Below, piece after piece: positions 25,490 through 37,289 of a stretch of DNA of 64,000 nucleotides. Every line of letters begins with the position of its first letter. The first letter of the stretch is position 1. The DNA is from Chiloscyllium plagiosum (lineage: Eukaryota). The stretch covers positions 62,154,981 through 62,218,980 of the forward strand of contig NC_057718.1 of NCBI RefSeq assembly GCF_004010195.1, in the 5' to 3' direction. Below the pieces are notes generated by a model that was not told the DNA's origin, ran no database searches, and saw nothing but the letters and a program-made list of their open reading frames with translations. Position numbers and translations under genes: made by a program.

Positions 25490-26820
25490 TTTTATGCCAA
25501 CCACTTTAAATTTGTGTCCTTCAGTTCTTGACCTTTCCTTCACTGGGAACAGTATCTTTCTATATATTCTGTCTAGACCCCTCATGGCCTTGAGCACCAC
25601 AATAAAAATTCTCTTACAGCCAGAAGCTAGATTCTGCAATCAATCCATGTAACGCAAGTTTTTCTTCCTTAGGACCGTTTCCATAACTCTTTTCTGCACT
25701 GACTTTAAAGTCTTTGCATCTTTCCTATAGTATAGTGTCCAAAATTAGACACAATAATGTAGTTAAAACCAAACTAGAATTCTATAATTTTCCATTATAA
25801 CTTCTTAGGTTTTTTTTGGAATTTTATACTTCTACTTATAAAGCCAACTGCCCTAACAACCTTCCCAACCTGTCCTGATATCTTCAACTGTTTGTGCATA
25901 TATATCCACTGTTATCTCAGTTCCTGTGCCCCTTTTAGTATTGCATTCTTTTACTTTCCTTATTCTTCCTACCAGAATGTATCACTCTGAACTTATATGA
26001 CTGAAATTTCATCTACTGTATGCCCATTCATTCCACTAGCTTGTCTATGGTCTCTTGAAGTGACCGCTCTCCTCACAATTCACATCATTTCATCTGAAAA
26101 TTTCAAACTTGTGTCCTGTACAGCCAATTGTGTCCTGTATAGCCAAGTGTATCTCTAATGTATATCAAGAAAAACAAGGATCTTAGAACAGTACTGATCC
26201 ACAGAACTTTGCTGTATACCTTCTTCCAGTCAGGTAAAGCAACTTCTCACCTCAATTTCCTGTTACACTTCTGACTTAATATCCATACTGCCAATGCTCC
26301 TTTTCATTTCACTGGCTTCAACTTTTCAGGCAAGTCTATAATGTATTGCTTTTCAAATTCCTTTTGGAAGTCTTATCTATATCACATCACCTAGGTTACT
26401 CTTAATAACCCCTCTGGAACCTAATCAAAATAATTGTATCAGGTTTGTGAAAAATAGTTTGTCTTTGACAATGCCATGCTGACTTTCCTTAATTAATTGG
26501 CATCTAATCCACAAGTCCAATGTTGCAAATATTTTTGAAAAACATTTCCACCACTGAGCTAAGCCACCTGACTACAGTTGCTAATGATAAACCACCCCAC
26601 AAAGACATCAGTCCTGCTTCTCTATTCCTGTCTAAAGCCTTCATTTCTGCACCATGTATCCAGGTACAAATTCAACAGTTCTGTCCTCCTATTACTGTAC
26701 TCACTATCATGTGGTATTGGAAGCAATCTGGACCTTAATTACTTTTTAAGGTCCTATTTATCAATCTCTTTCCTAGCTGCCTTAAATTGTGTCTGTAGGA
26801 CTTCATACCTCATTCTATCT
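25490..26820 (-). mobile_element. Old CR1 ORF2 relic
   Basis: Degenerate CR1 RT and C-terminal motifs ('gccatgctgact', 'ccactgagctaagcc...tacagttg'). Confidence 0.65.
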
Positions 26821-26844
26821 ATGAAACTTCAGGCATTTTCAGTT

Positions 26845-27225
26845 ATGAAGAGAGACTGGCTAGGCTGGGGATGTTTTCCTCAGAGGAGGTTGATGTGGGA
26901 ATTTGATTGAAGTGTGCAGAGTTCTGAGGGGCGTAGACAAGGTAGATTGAGATAAACTTTTCTCCTTCGTAGATAATAACCAGAGGGAACAGACTTAAAG
27001 CAGGGAAGAGGGAATTTAGAGGGAATTCGAGGGTGAAAGAAAGTTCATCTAAAAGGTTTGGGTATCTGGAACTCACTACCAGTGAAGGTGATAGGGATGG
27101 GAACCCTGAGGGCATTTAAGAAGTATTTAGATGAATACTTGAAACACTATAGCATACAATGCTACGGGCTAAGAGCTAGAAAATGGGAAATAGAAGATGG
27201 ATATTTGATGTCCATCAGTCGGCTG
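26845..27225 (+). mobile_element. CR1 3' fragment
   Basis: 'IWNSLPVKV...LRAFKKYLDEYL' CR1 ORF2 end. Confidence 0.8.
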
Positions 27226-27947
27226 AATAGCTCACTTCACTGGTTTGCAATGCAGAGTGATGCTGCACCATGGGTTCAGTTCCTGCAACCACTGAGGTTC
27301 TGTGAGGAACCCTCCTTCTCAACCTCTCCACTTGCCTAAAGTTAAACCACCAGCATCTCTCTCTGAGAGAACAGGACTATAGTGACTTAGCTTTACGTCT
27401 TTTATTAATCAGATCACAGGTAATTACATCAAAAAAATTATTTGTGTGTTTGCTTCCTATCGACAATTGTTTGATGCCCTTGCAATTTTCAGGTCTGAAG
27501 AAGGGTAAAACTAAACCACAAATTTATGTTATCTCTATAGATGTTAACTGAGCAGCTGTAGATTATTCTGTTTTGCCTGATGATCATCTCTGCTAGGCTC
27601 TATTGCTCTTACTTCTCATTGAGGTATCTCTGATTGGCCTGAATGTTACTGGCACTGAGCCTTTGTACTATTTATAGAGTAGCAAGTTCTAGACCGGAAA
27701 CAGAACAAAGCAAAATTTTAAGCGACATATATTTAAAAACACAAGATGTAGAACTGTTATTAAAGATATTTGATTACTAAATAATGATTTAAACATGTAC
27801 ATACAGCACAAGTGAATTTGCAAATTATTATGTATCATTTTAATCTGATATTACACAATGCAACTGTGTATAGCTGAGTCTGTTTAACAATGTGAATTGA
27901 ACCACACTTTTCAATACTTACAAATATTGCTGTACTGCCTTTATGGG

Positions 27948-28309
27948 CAACAAAAGCAAAAGTTGTCGGAAAAACTCAGCAGGTCTGGCGGCATCTGTGA
28001 AAAGAAAATTAAAGATAATGTTTTGGGTCCAGTGATCATTCTTTAGAACTGATTGTAGCTAGGAAAAGGTTGGTATATATGCTGAAGGAGGGGCAGGGGT
28101 GGGGAGACAGGAATAAACATAGGTGGAAATGGAGCCCAGAGAGAGAGAGAGAGAAATTCTTCTCCCTGTAGTCAGTTCTGAAGAAGGGTCTGTAGATCCA
28201 AAATGTTAACTCTGGCTTTCCAGATGCTACCAGATCTGTTGAGTTTTTTCCAACAGTTTCTTTTTTTTTTTGTTTCTAATTTCTGGCATCCACACTTCAT
28301 TGGTATTTT
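27948..28309. mobile_element. PLE fold-back (family E)
   Basis: Inverted arms; hammerhead relic AGTT-CTGAAGA-AGGGTC..GATCC-AAAATGTT-AACT at ~28174-28211. Imperfect TSD TGC[CT/TA]TTATGGG. Confidence 0.75.
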
Positions 28310-28504
28310 TGCTATTATGGGTATTTGGACATTTTAAGGAAATTATCTAGAATAAATTGGGCAATTGTAGAATCAAAAATCCAGAAGGTTATACCAACTG
28401 CTCGTTGAATTCTCAAATGTTAATTTTCTGAAATCAAACTAGCAATGACAACCTGTATTTGTTTAGTAACTTTAACATCCCAGTTGCTTCATGGGTTTTT
28501 TAAA

Positions 28505-28840
28505 AATTCATTCACAGGATAAGGGATTCGCTGGTTAGGCCAGCATTTATTGTCCGTGGGCAGTTAAGAGTCAACCATATTTTTGTGGTCTGGAGTCACG
28601 TACAGGCCAGACTATGTAAGGACGGCAGTTTCCTTCCCAAAAGGATATTAGTGAACCAGATGTTGTTTTTTCCTGACAATCAACAATGGATTCATGGGCA
28701 TCATTAGTTTCTTAATTTCAAACATTAATTGAATTCAAATTCCATCTGCCATGGTGCGATTTGGACCTTGATTCCCAGAACAATACCTAGGTCTCTAGAT
28801 TAACAATCCAGCAATAATACCACGAGGCCATTGCCTCCCC
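28505..28840 (-). mobile_element. tRNA-derived SINE with LINE-like 3' tail
   Basis: Minus-strand head GGGGAGGCAATGGCCTCGTGG...GGTCCAAATC; tail 'aataaatgctggcc...gaatgaat'. 5' half recurs at ~39985-40138(+). Confidence 0.75.
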
Positions 28841-28859
28841 ATATAATATATAATACTAA

Positions 28860-30600
28860 GTTTGATGTTGAGCTGCATAAGGCGATATTAGGCAGTTAAC
28901 CAATGTCATGATCTACTGGAGTAGTATACCGTAAATTGAGCCCCACTGTTCATAGAGGTGCACCAAATCTTAAAGCTTTTTTTAAAAGTACACATCACCC
29001 CAATTTGCCTGTCTTCAGACATAGGATAGCAGAAAGCATGGGCCAGGCTTCTGCGCTGAACAAGAAATATTATTTATTACCAAGTAATTAAACTATAGGT
29101 CCATGTAAACAGATATAAACAATTGGCACATAACACTGCTAACTAAAATTCAAATCCCCTTCTTAGCTCCCCCTTGTACATATCCAAATAAATGGAGAAG
29201 GTATATTATTGGCAGAGGTAGAAAAATTGGTTTCATGTCTTTGCTTCTTGGTTCTGATGTTGAGGTGCTCCTTCTTTGACCAGCCAGACCCCTCATTATT
29301 CACATGGCCATTTTCTCTGGCTGCCTCTCAGATTTGTAAGAAATCTGATTCACTTGGAAAATGTCTCTGATTTGTCAATTCATTCATCCCAGTTTACCAC
29401 AATTTCTGCAGAAAAGGTAACTGGTTTTCTTCAGGTTTAAACTGAGTTTCTGACTACACAGAATGGGCAGCTTCTTGATTGGAAAACGATCTGCACACTT
29501 TTTTTTTCCCTCTTTGTCTTTGTAATTTGTTTCCCACTCCAAGCTGCTCAGCTACTTGAGAACCAGTCATACAGTTGTTGGCAAGCAAAAGAACTGCGTC
29601 ATTGATAACTGCCACTATTCCACAGATTAAGAGCTCCATCAATACGCACCCTTGGTTTCAAATCATTTGCAATCTGAACTTCAATTACCTGTGTGTTCAG
29701 TCATTTGTTTACAATGCCTGCCATAATGCTAGGTTACTTGCTTTTTTAACTGAAGCCACTATTTCAAGCATTGGTTTTGAAAATGGTTATTTCTCATTTC
29801 AATCTTCAGTTTTTTGAAACACAAATAAAAAGACATAGACCTTACACCAAATCTAAGTCAAAGAGTTTGACTTTAAGGAGTTTTTTATAACAGATGTAGA
29901 GGCACATCAGTTTCAGGAAAAAGACAAGAGAAGCCTGGGTAGTTGAAGGCAAAGGAAAAGTTTAAGACATCAGACTTAGAGGATGCAGATATTTGGAAGA
30001 GTTGTGAGATTGATGAAGTTTATATAAACAAGGAGCAAGGAGAACATGGATTGATTTGAAAAGGATGAGGATTTTAATTTAGAACTTTGTTTAACTGGGA
30101 ATCAGGGTAGATCCGTGAGTGCAGCTGGGGATATTGGGTTGAATGGAATTTGGTTCCAATTAGGACACAACAGCAGTGCTTTGAATGATAAAAAAACTTT
30201 ACAGAGGAAGAAATGTGGGAGGCCCTTCACCAGTTCACTAGAATAGTCAAGTCAGGAGATTGCAACGGCATGATGAGTGTTTCAGCAGCAGAGAAGCTGA
30301 GGTGCACCAGGGTTGAGCAAGCTTATGGAGATGGAAATAGGTGGACTTAATGATGGCATGGTAATATTGTTGGTAGCTCAGAATGGTTGCCAACATTCTG
30401 GTTCGGCCTCAGACTGTTGACATGGGGAGAGACAGTCAGTTGCTAGGAAACATTGTATGTAGCGTTGGTCTTCCCCAAATTTAATTGGAGGAAATTTCTG
30501 CTCATCTGATATTGGATGTAGAGTAAGCAGAGTGACAAGAGAGGTCATGGTGCAGAAAAAACTGGGTGAGATAAATGCACATATGAAAGCTTTGCTGGCA
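28860..30600 (-). mobile_element. Old L2-group LINE 3' relic interrupted by the solo LTR
   Basis: Sequence reads through across the LTR ('ggcagttaaccaa|atctaagtcaaagag...ttaaggag'); L2-like motifs 'gtcttccccaaatttaattggagga'. Confidence 0.55.
28904..29845 (-). mobile_element. Solo LTR, 942 bp
   Basis: TGTCA...TTACA termini, 4-bp TSD CCAA (28900-28903 / 29846-29849), TTTATT (poly(A) signal on minus strand) near 29073. Splits an L2-like relic. Confidence 0.75.
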
Positions 30601-31087
30601 CTTTAGGATAAAACAAATCTCAGAACAGACAGGTCAGGACTTAAGGAAATAATTTTTCACAGAGATTGGAAATCAATAGCCAACCAAATTGAATGTCTAA
30701 TACATTTGCAGGTTAAACTTGTCTACCATATTACAATCTGCTTATTTAATTTGGATGTCTTCAGATCTCCCTTGCACCTTCTGATGGTAGTCCTGAGCGT
30801 GTTGTTAGATATTCCATGTGTCACTTGATTCTGTTGTCCCAGTTTTCCAGGTGAAGATTATGTGGAGAATCCTAACCATTGTGATTCTCCAAAAGTTAGA
30901 ATTTAAACTAAAATTTCCAAGTTTCCGGTGTTTTTGCTAACTAGACAGATAATCATTTTGGTATTAAAAATTGAAATAACTCCTTTCCCCCTCAAAGCCA
31001 GAAAATAATTTTAGTACTTCAGAGTAAACACTATGAAATGAGCACTGCTCAGTGCCTACAGTGCTTTACTTTCAGTTCCTGATGTAT

Positions 31088-31648
31088 TTAGAGTCAGAGA
31101 GACGTACAGCATGGAAACAGACCCTTCAGTCCAACCCGTCCATGCTGACCAGATATCCCAACCAATCTAGTCCCACCTGCCAGCACCCGGCCCATATCCC
31201 TCCTAACCCTTCCTATTCATATACCCATCCAAATGCCTTTTAAATGTTGCAATTGTACCAGCCTCCAACACTTCCTCTGGCAGCTCATTCCACACATGTA
31301 CCATCCTCTGTGTGAAAAAGTTGCCTCTTAGGTCCCTTTTATATCTTTCCCCTCTCACCCTAAATCTATGGCTTCTAGTTCTGGACTCCCCCACCCCAGG
31401 GAAAAGACTTTGTCTATTTATCCTATCCATGCCCCTCATAATTTTGTAAACCTCTATAAGGTCACCCCTCAGCCTCCGATGCTCCAGGGAAAACAGCCCC
31501 AGCTTGTTCAGCCTCTCCCGATAGCTCAAATCCTCCAACCTTGGCAACATCCTTGTAAATCTTTTCTGCACCCTTTCAAGTTCCACAACATCTTTCCAAT
31601 AGGAAGGAGACCAAAATTGCATGCATTATTCCAACAGTGGCCTAACCA
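31088..31648 (-). mobile_element. CR1/HER1 3' fragment, young
   Basis: Open ORF 31203-31622 'QFWSP...LGLFSLEHRRLRGDLIEVYKIM...FKRHLDGYM'. Confidence 0.95.
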
Positions 31649-32537
31649 ACATACAGCCATTTTGGTAAATGGCTCTCCTTTACTCTTGTGTGGAACCCAG
31701 CATTGGCACAACCTTGTAGTATACAGTTTAGGGCTCAGTCAGTAACTGGGAAATATCGGAGTTATCACATGCAATCACAAGGAAGCTGACCTCAATGTGC
31801 CCTTGAGTCTCTAACTAACCACAGGAGTAGAGTTGCACAAGAGGTCGATGGATTCAAATCGTTCTTTGCTGTCTAATTATTGTTCTCCAACTTAATCAGC
31901 TTGCTGCTTCCAGGAAGCGCACTAAAATGTAATACATTTATCTAATGGCATGATATCTACTGGCAAACTCCTCCTACCACTGACTGACCATGCACTAGAG
32001 AAGGTTTCCCATGAGCTCTGCCCCTGACTAGAGGCATCAGTGTGCATGCAGTTTCTGCCAGCTGGATGATGAATGTATAAGTGATGTTTTGGTGTTGACA
32101 GTTTAACACTGCAATTTCATTATAAAACTGGAATGTCAACTTCAAATTTGGAATACTTTTTCTTCTGATTTATTGGATATTCTGGTTGAAAGTCAATTCT
32201 CCCCACCTTAATAGCACAACTATTCAGGCAGGTTATCTTTGAAGTTCTCAAGTGTATCAGATTTGATGAGAGTAAAATTGCATTCACCACTTTCCAAGCA
32301 CTAAAATATGTAAAGGTGTACATAAGAATGTGCATCTTAAAAGTAAAAAAATTGGCAGTCTGAGGTGGAATTGAGATCTCTCTTTGCATGTATCAACTCC
32401 AAGATCATCTAGATTCAGTCAGGGATTCATTTGTTATCTATTTTTAACAGCTTACTCATTTTAATTTTTACTTTTAACTATAATCAAACTCTGCTCTCGT
32501 TCCTCTCAATGATGCTACACTCACTTTGTATTTTACC

Positions 32538-32682
32538 ATAGAATTATAGAATCCCTCCAGTGTGGAAGCAGGGCATTTGGCCCACCTAGAGCATACCAAC
32601 CCTTCAAATTGCGTCCCAACCAGGCCCACACCCCTCCCACCCTATCCCTGTATCCTTGCATTTCCCATGGCTAATCCATCTA
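32538..32682 (-). mobile_element. HE1-type SINE 3' fragment
   Basis: 'atagaatccctccagtgtggaagcagg...cccatggctaatcca', matching 61715-61850. Confidence 0.7.
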
Positions 32683-33596
32683 ATTTTAAGAATATAGCAA
32701 CCAATTTCCTAATTCAGCTAGGCAGGACACTGCGACCCTGCTTTCCCTATTGTTAGTCTCAATAAATGCAGCCTTCTCTTTCAGGGCAGTGAAAGCAACT
32801 GGGACATTTCCAAGTTCATCAATTTTCCAATTTCCTTATGGCTCATTTACAAGTACACATCTGTGTAAATGTCTGGGTAAAGAGTAATCCTGGTCTTAGC
32901 ATACAGCACAATAAAGCACCGGTAAATTCCTTATATCTTTGGGAAATGTTCTATTGTCGAAGATCTTGGACTGAAGCATCTTCATTGTCTAAAGTGGTGA
33001 TTGTGCCAACAGAGAGTAATATAATTAGTGCCTGGTGATTTGTTAAAATGGTGAATAACGTTCAGTTTATGTTTGTTGAAATCTTAAACAAATAAAATAT
33101 TTAGCAGAGTGCGTAATAAGCTATGCATGGAACATTGACAGGTAACAGACTGCTGTAAGCAGTACTGTACATTGATCAGAAAGCTTGAAATGACATTCAA
33201 TAAATTGCTTATACATCATTCAACAAAGTTCTAAATATTAACCAAGGATGTACAGGGCAAAGAAATCTCCATGCCCAGTCACATACACAAGAGATTGCAT
33301 TTTGAATACTCAGGCATTTCGTACTTGGCCTCCAGAATTGACCCACAAGTCATTCCATGCAATTTTTGTTTGCTACATTGCCTCATCACAAAAACAAAAT
33401 GGCAGTTGTCCATGAGGGGCTATCAATTTTCATTTTGGTTTAGCTGTTTCTTTGGAGAATACAAATTCAAATGTGCTGTATGAGAGGTGCTATGCTGGTT
33501 ACAATGAGTGATGGGAGGATAGTAAAGTTACTTTCGCAAAAGGATACACGTAATCTGTCTTTGGGAAGCAGAGGAAAACTTCCAGAAATAGTGGCA

Positions 33597-34027
33597 AATT
33601 ACTGCAGATGTTGGAAACAACAAATGATGGAGATCACTGCAAGTCAGGCAGCATCCATGGAGAGAGAGCAAGCTAACATTTTGCGTCTAGATGACTCTTC
33701 ATCAGAGCTTAAGTGAAGTGTAGAGGGAGCAGCATTTATGGCTTTAGTTGGCGGAGTGGTGTGGGGATGATGGGGAGTAGAGTTCTTGGGGAGAAAAGAT
33801 ATTGATAGTATTCCCTAGCAGTCTACACAATCCCACTCCCACCACCGGCCCCCACCCTAATACCACGCCACCCCCCCCCCCCCCCTCACCACCACAGCCA
33901 CCAAAGCATAAATGCTGCACTTCAGCTCCGCTCTCTGAAGAGTCATCTAGACTCGAAACACTAGCTTGTTCTCTCTCCATGGATGCTGTCTGATCCGCTG
34001 TGATCTCCAGCATTTGTTGTTTTCAGT
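33597..34027. mobile_element. PLE fold-back (family D)
   Basis: Arms ~33597-33815(-) and ~33850-34027(+). Their combined reading gives hammerhead AGCT-CTGATGA-A-GAGTC-ATCTA-GACTC-GAAA-CG-TT-AGCT; each copy is mutated. Confidence 0.8.
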
Positions 34028-34969
34028 TCCAATAGTAGAGCCCAGACAAGATACTTGGCAAGAACCTGAAAGATTCAACAGTAATTTAAATAAACAGAAT
34101 AAATGTGCCGCATATCAATGACCTTCAAATAAAAATAGAGGAATTATAGTGACAAACAGATTACCTAGGGTTGTTCCATATTTATTTCAGTGAATGGTAG
34201 TTGAGAGCAAAAAAGGAGCTGAAGACTGTTTAGAATAATTGAAAGTAGAAAATGTACCTATTTTCATTAGAAAGGCACAAAACCTACATCATTTGAAAGG
34301 ATTGCCTCTTTAGATCAAACTAAATGTTATAATTAAATATCTGCAATTGACTATAAAATGGTAGAGTCTGTGCATTTTTTAAAAATTGCCTTCTTGAACC
34401 ACTGCAGTCTATATGCTCTAAGTTGACCCACAATTCCCTTGGCAACGAAAGTCCATGATTTTGACCCGGCAACAGTGAAAAGTCAAAATGGTGAGGGTTT
34501 GGAGGAAAACTTATAGGTGGTGGTGGTCCCATGTATCGCCTGCTGCCCCTGTCTTTCGAGATGGAATTAGTTGTGGGTTTGGAGGGTGCTATTTGTGAAT
34601 CTTTAGTGAATTTCTGCAGTGCATCTTGTACATGGTAATATACACTGCTGCTATTGAGTATTGATGGTGGAGAGAGTAGATGCTTGTAGATATGTTGCCA
34701 ATCAAGTGGGCTTCTTTTTCCTGGATGGTGTCAAACCTTCTGAGTGTTGCTGAAATAGCACTCATCCAGGCAAATGGGGAGTAATCCATCACAATCCTGA
34801 CCTGTACCTTGTAGATGGTGGACAGGGTTTGGGGAGTCAGAAGGTGAGTTTCACACTACAGTATTCCAGTCTGATCAGGTCTTAGAGCTACTGTATTTAT
34901 ATGGTGAGTCCAGTTGAGTTTCTGCACAATGGTAAGCCCCCAGAATGTTGAACGTGTGGGTTTCAGTGA

Positions 34970-35017
34970 TGATAACACCAATGATAAAACCATTGATCAC
35001 ACCACTGATAACACCAT
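34970..35017 (+). repeat. 12-bp x4 tandem repeat (TGATAACACCAN)
   Basis: Units tgataacaccaa, tgataaaaccat, tgatcacaccac, tgataacaccat. Confidence 0.85.
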
Positions 35018-35040
35018 TGAATATCATGGGACAGTCGTTA

Positions 35041-35328
35041 GGGTGGCACGGTGGCTCAGTGGTTAGCACTGCTGCCTCACAGCACTGGGTCCCAGGTTTG
35101 ATTCCAGCCTTGGGCGATTGTCTATGTGTAGTTTGTATATTCTCCCTGTGTCTCCATGGGTTTCCTCCCACAGTCCAAAGATGTGCAGGTCAGGTGAATT
35201 GGCCATGTTAAATTGCCCATAGTGTTAGTCAGAGGGAAGTCAGACTGGGTGGAGTTACTTGGAGGGTCGGTGTGGACCTGTTGGGCCGAAGGGCCTGTTT
35301 CTACACTGTAGGGAATCTAATCTAATCT
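35041..35328 (+). mobile_element. HE1-type V-SINE
   Basis: GGGTGGCACGGTGGCTCAGTGGTTAGCACTGCTGCC head, V-domain, (TCTAA)n tail. Confidence 0.9.
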
Positions 35329-36033
35329 TATTGGAGATGGTCATTGCCTGGCATTTGTAAGGTGCAAGCGTTACTTACCACTTGTCAGCTCAAGTCTGGA
35401 TATTGTCCAGATCTTATTGCATTTGAATGTGGACAGCTTCAGTATATGAGGAGTCACAAATGATGCTGAGCATTGTGCAATCCTTGGTGAACATTCCTAC
35501 TTCTGACCTTATGATGGAGGTAAGGTCATTGATGAAGATAGTTGGGCCTAGGACACAATTCTGAGGAATGCGCAGAGATGTGACCTCTAACAACCACAAC
35601 AATTTTCCCATGTGCCATGTGTGACTCCAATTAACAGAGTTTGCCCCCAATGCCCATTGACTCCAGTTTTGCTACGGTTCTTTAATGCCAAATTCTGTCA
35701 AATGTAGCCTTGATATTAAGGGCTGCCAGTCTCGCCTCACTTCCGGAATTCAACTCTTTTGTCACTGTTTGAACCAAAGGTATAATGAGGTCAGGAGCTG
35801 AGGGGTCCTGGTGGAACCCAAACTGGCCGTCATTCAGGTTATTGCTGAGCACTGATAGCACTGTTGATAACACCTTCCATCCCTTTACTGATGATCAACA
35901 GTAATTGTGGCAGTAATTGGCCAGGTTGGATTTGTCCTGTATTTTGAATACAGGACATACCTGGGAAATTGTCCACATTGATATGTAGATGCCAGTGTTT
36001 TAACTTGCTTAGATAGGGAGCACAAGTTTTCAG

Positions 36034-36170
36034 AGAGGTAAAAACAATGACTGCAGATGCTGGAAACCAGATTCTGGATTAGTGGTGCTGGAAGAGCACA
36101 GCAGTTCAGGCAGCATCCAAGCTCCTTGGATGCTGCCTGAACTGCTGTGCTCTTCCAGCACCACTAATCC
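36034..36170. mobile_element. Young PLE fold-back micro-insertion forming a perfect hairpin
   Basis: 48-bp perfect arms (36074-36121 / 36125-36172), 3-nt loop, perfect 15-bp TSD AGCACAAGTTTTCAG (36019-36033 / 36171-36185). Confidence 0.93.
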
Positions 36171-37009
36171 AGCACAAGTTTTCAGTACACTTTGCCAGAC
36201 AATTGTCAGGGCCCATAGCCTTTACGGTATCCAGATATTTCTTTATATCACATGGAGTGAATCAATTTGGCTAAAGATTGGTACCTGTGATGCTAGGGAC
36301 CACTGGAGGAGGTTGAGTTGGATCATCCATTTGCCACTTCTGGCTGAAGTTTATTGAGAATGCTTCAGCGTTATCTTTTGCCCTGATGTGCTGGGCGGTT
36401 CTGTCTTTGAGGATGGTGATATTTGTGGAGCCTCCTCCTCCAGTGAGTTGTTTAATTATCCATTCACTATTGGATGTGGCAGGTCTGAAGAGCTTAGATC
36501 TGATCCGTTCGTTGTGAGATCACAGAGTTCTGTCTGTCATTTCCTGCTTATACTGTTTGGCGTGCAAGTAGTTCTGTTTGGCAGCCTCATTATTTTTAAG
36601 GTATGATTGGTGCTGCTAAACTCTCCACTAAACCAGGGTTGATCCTCTGGCTTGATAGTAATGGTTGAGTGGGGAATATGCCAGAACGTGGAGGTTGCAG
36701 ATTATGCTGGAATGCAACTCTGCTGCAGTTGATGGTCCACGGCACCTCATGTGTGCCCATTGTTGAGTTGGTAGATCTGTTCGAAGTCGCCCCATTTTTG
36801 GATGATAATAGTGTCACACAACAAGATGGATATTTTCAATGTGAAGTGGGACTTCATAGCAATACGACTTTAAAATGCCATCTGGCTAATGGCTCAAATC
36901 ATCAGACTTACAAACAAATACAAATCTTAATTTGAATAATTAATTATATAAATATATATAAAATAACAAAGGAAAGGCATGTGTTATATAAGACCCTTGG
37001 GACCACGGG

Positions 37010-37270
37010 TCATCTGAAGCACATTATATAGCAAACAGAGTACCATTGGAAGTAATGGGTGATGATGGAGGGATAGATTTTGTCCAGAACACAAGGGATA
37101 ACTCTTTAACTGTCAACATGTTTTATATCCACTTGATCAGAGAGATGAAGGCTCATATTAAGGCCTTATCCAAAAGACAGCAACCTCTGACTATGTAGCA
37201 GTCCCTCAGCACTGTACAATAATGTTAGCTTGTTTTTTTTCATTCAAGTCCTGGTATAGAACTTGCCCCA
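37010..37270 (-). mobile_element. Deu-domain SINE relic (SacSINE1/AmnSINE-like)
   Basis: 'ttatccaaaagacagcaacctctgactatgtagcagtccctcagcactg' resembles the reverse complement of the Deu core as recalled from memory. Confidence 0.55.
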
Positions 37271-37289
37271 GGTATTATACCTTTGTGGA

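Larger units (their letters stand above)
34385..36870 (-). mobile_element. CR1/L2-group LINE relic
   Basis: Minus-strand RT motifs 'QFGFHQD.SAPDL', 'IKATFDRIWH', 'PQ..VLGPTIF', 'MFTKDCT'. Confidence 0.85.

Noticed and set aside
30849..30900. Possible small exon (ttttccag|GTGAAGAT...AAA|gttaga)
   Set aside because: Weak donor, no recognisable peptide, no partner exons.
34970..35017. CRISPR-like or functional repeat array
   Set aside because: No spacers; a slippage duplication inside a LINE relic, like those at 18118-18150 and 26110-26147.
35041..35115. tRNA genes at A/B-box sequences
   Set aside because: They are SINE heads continuing into V-domain or other SINE bodies.
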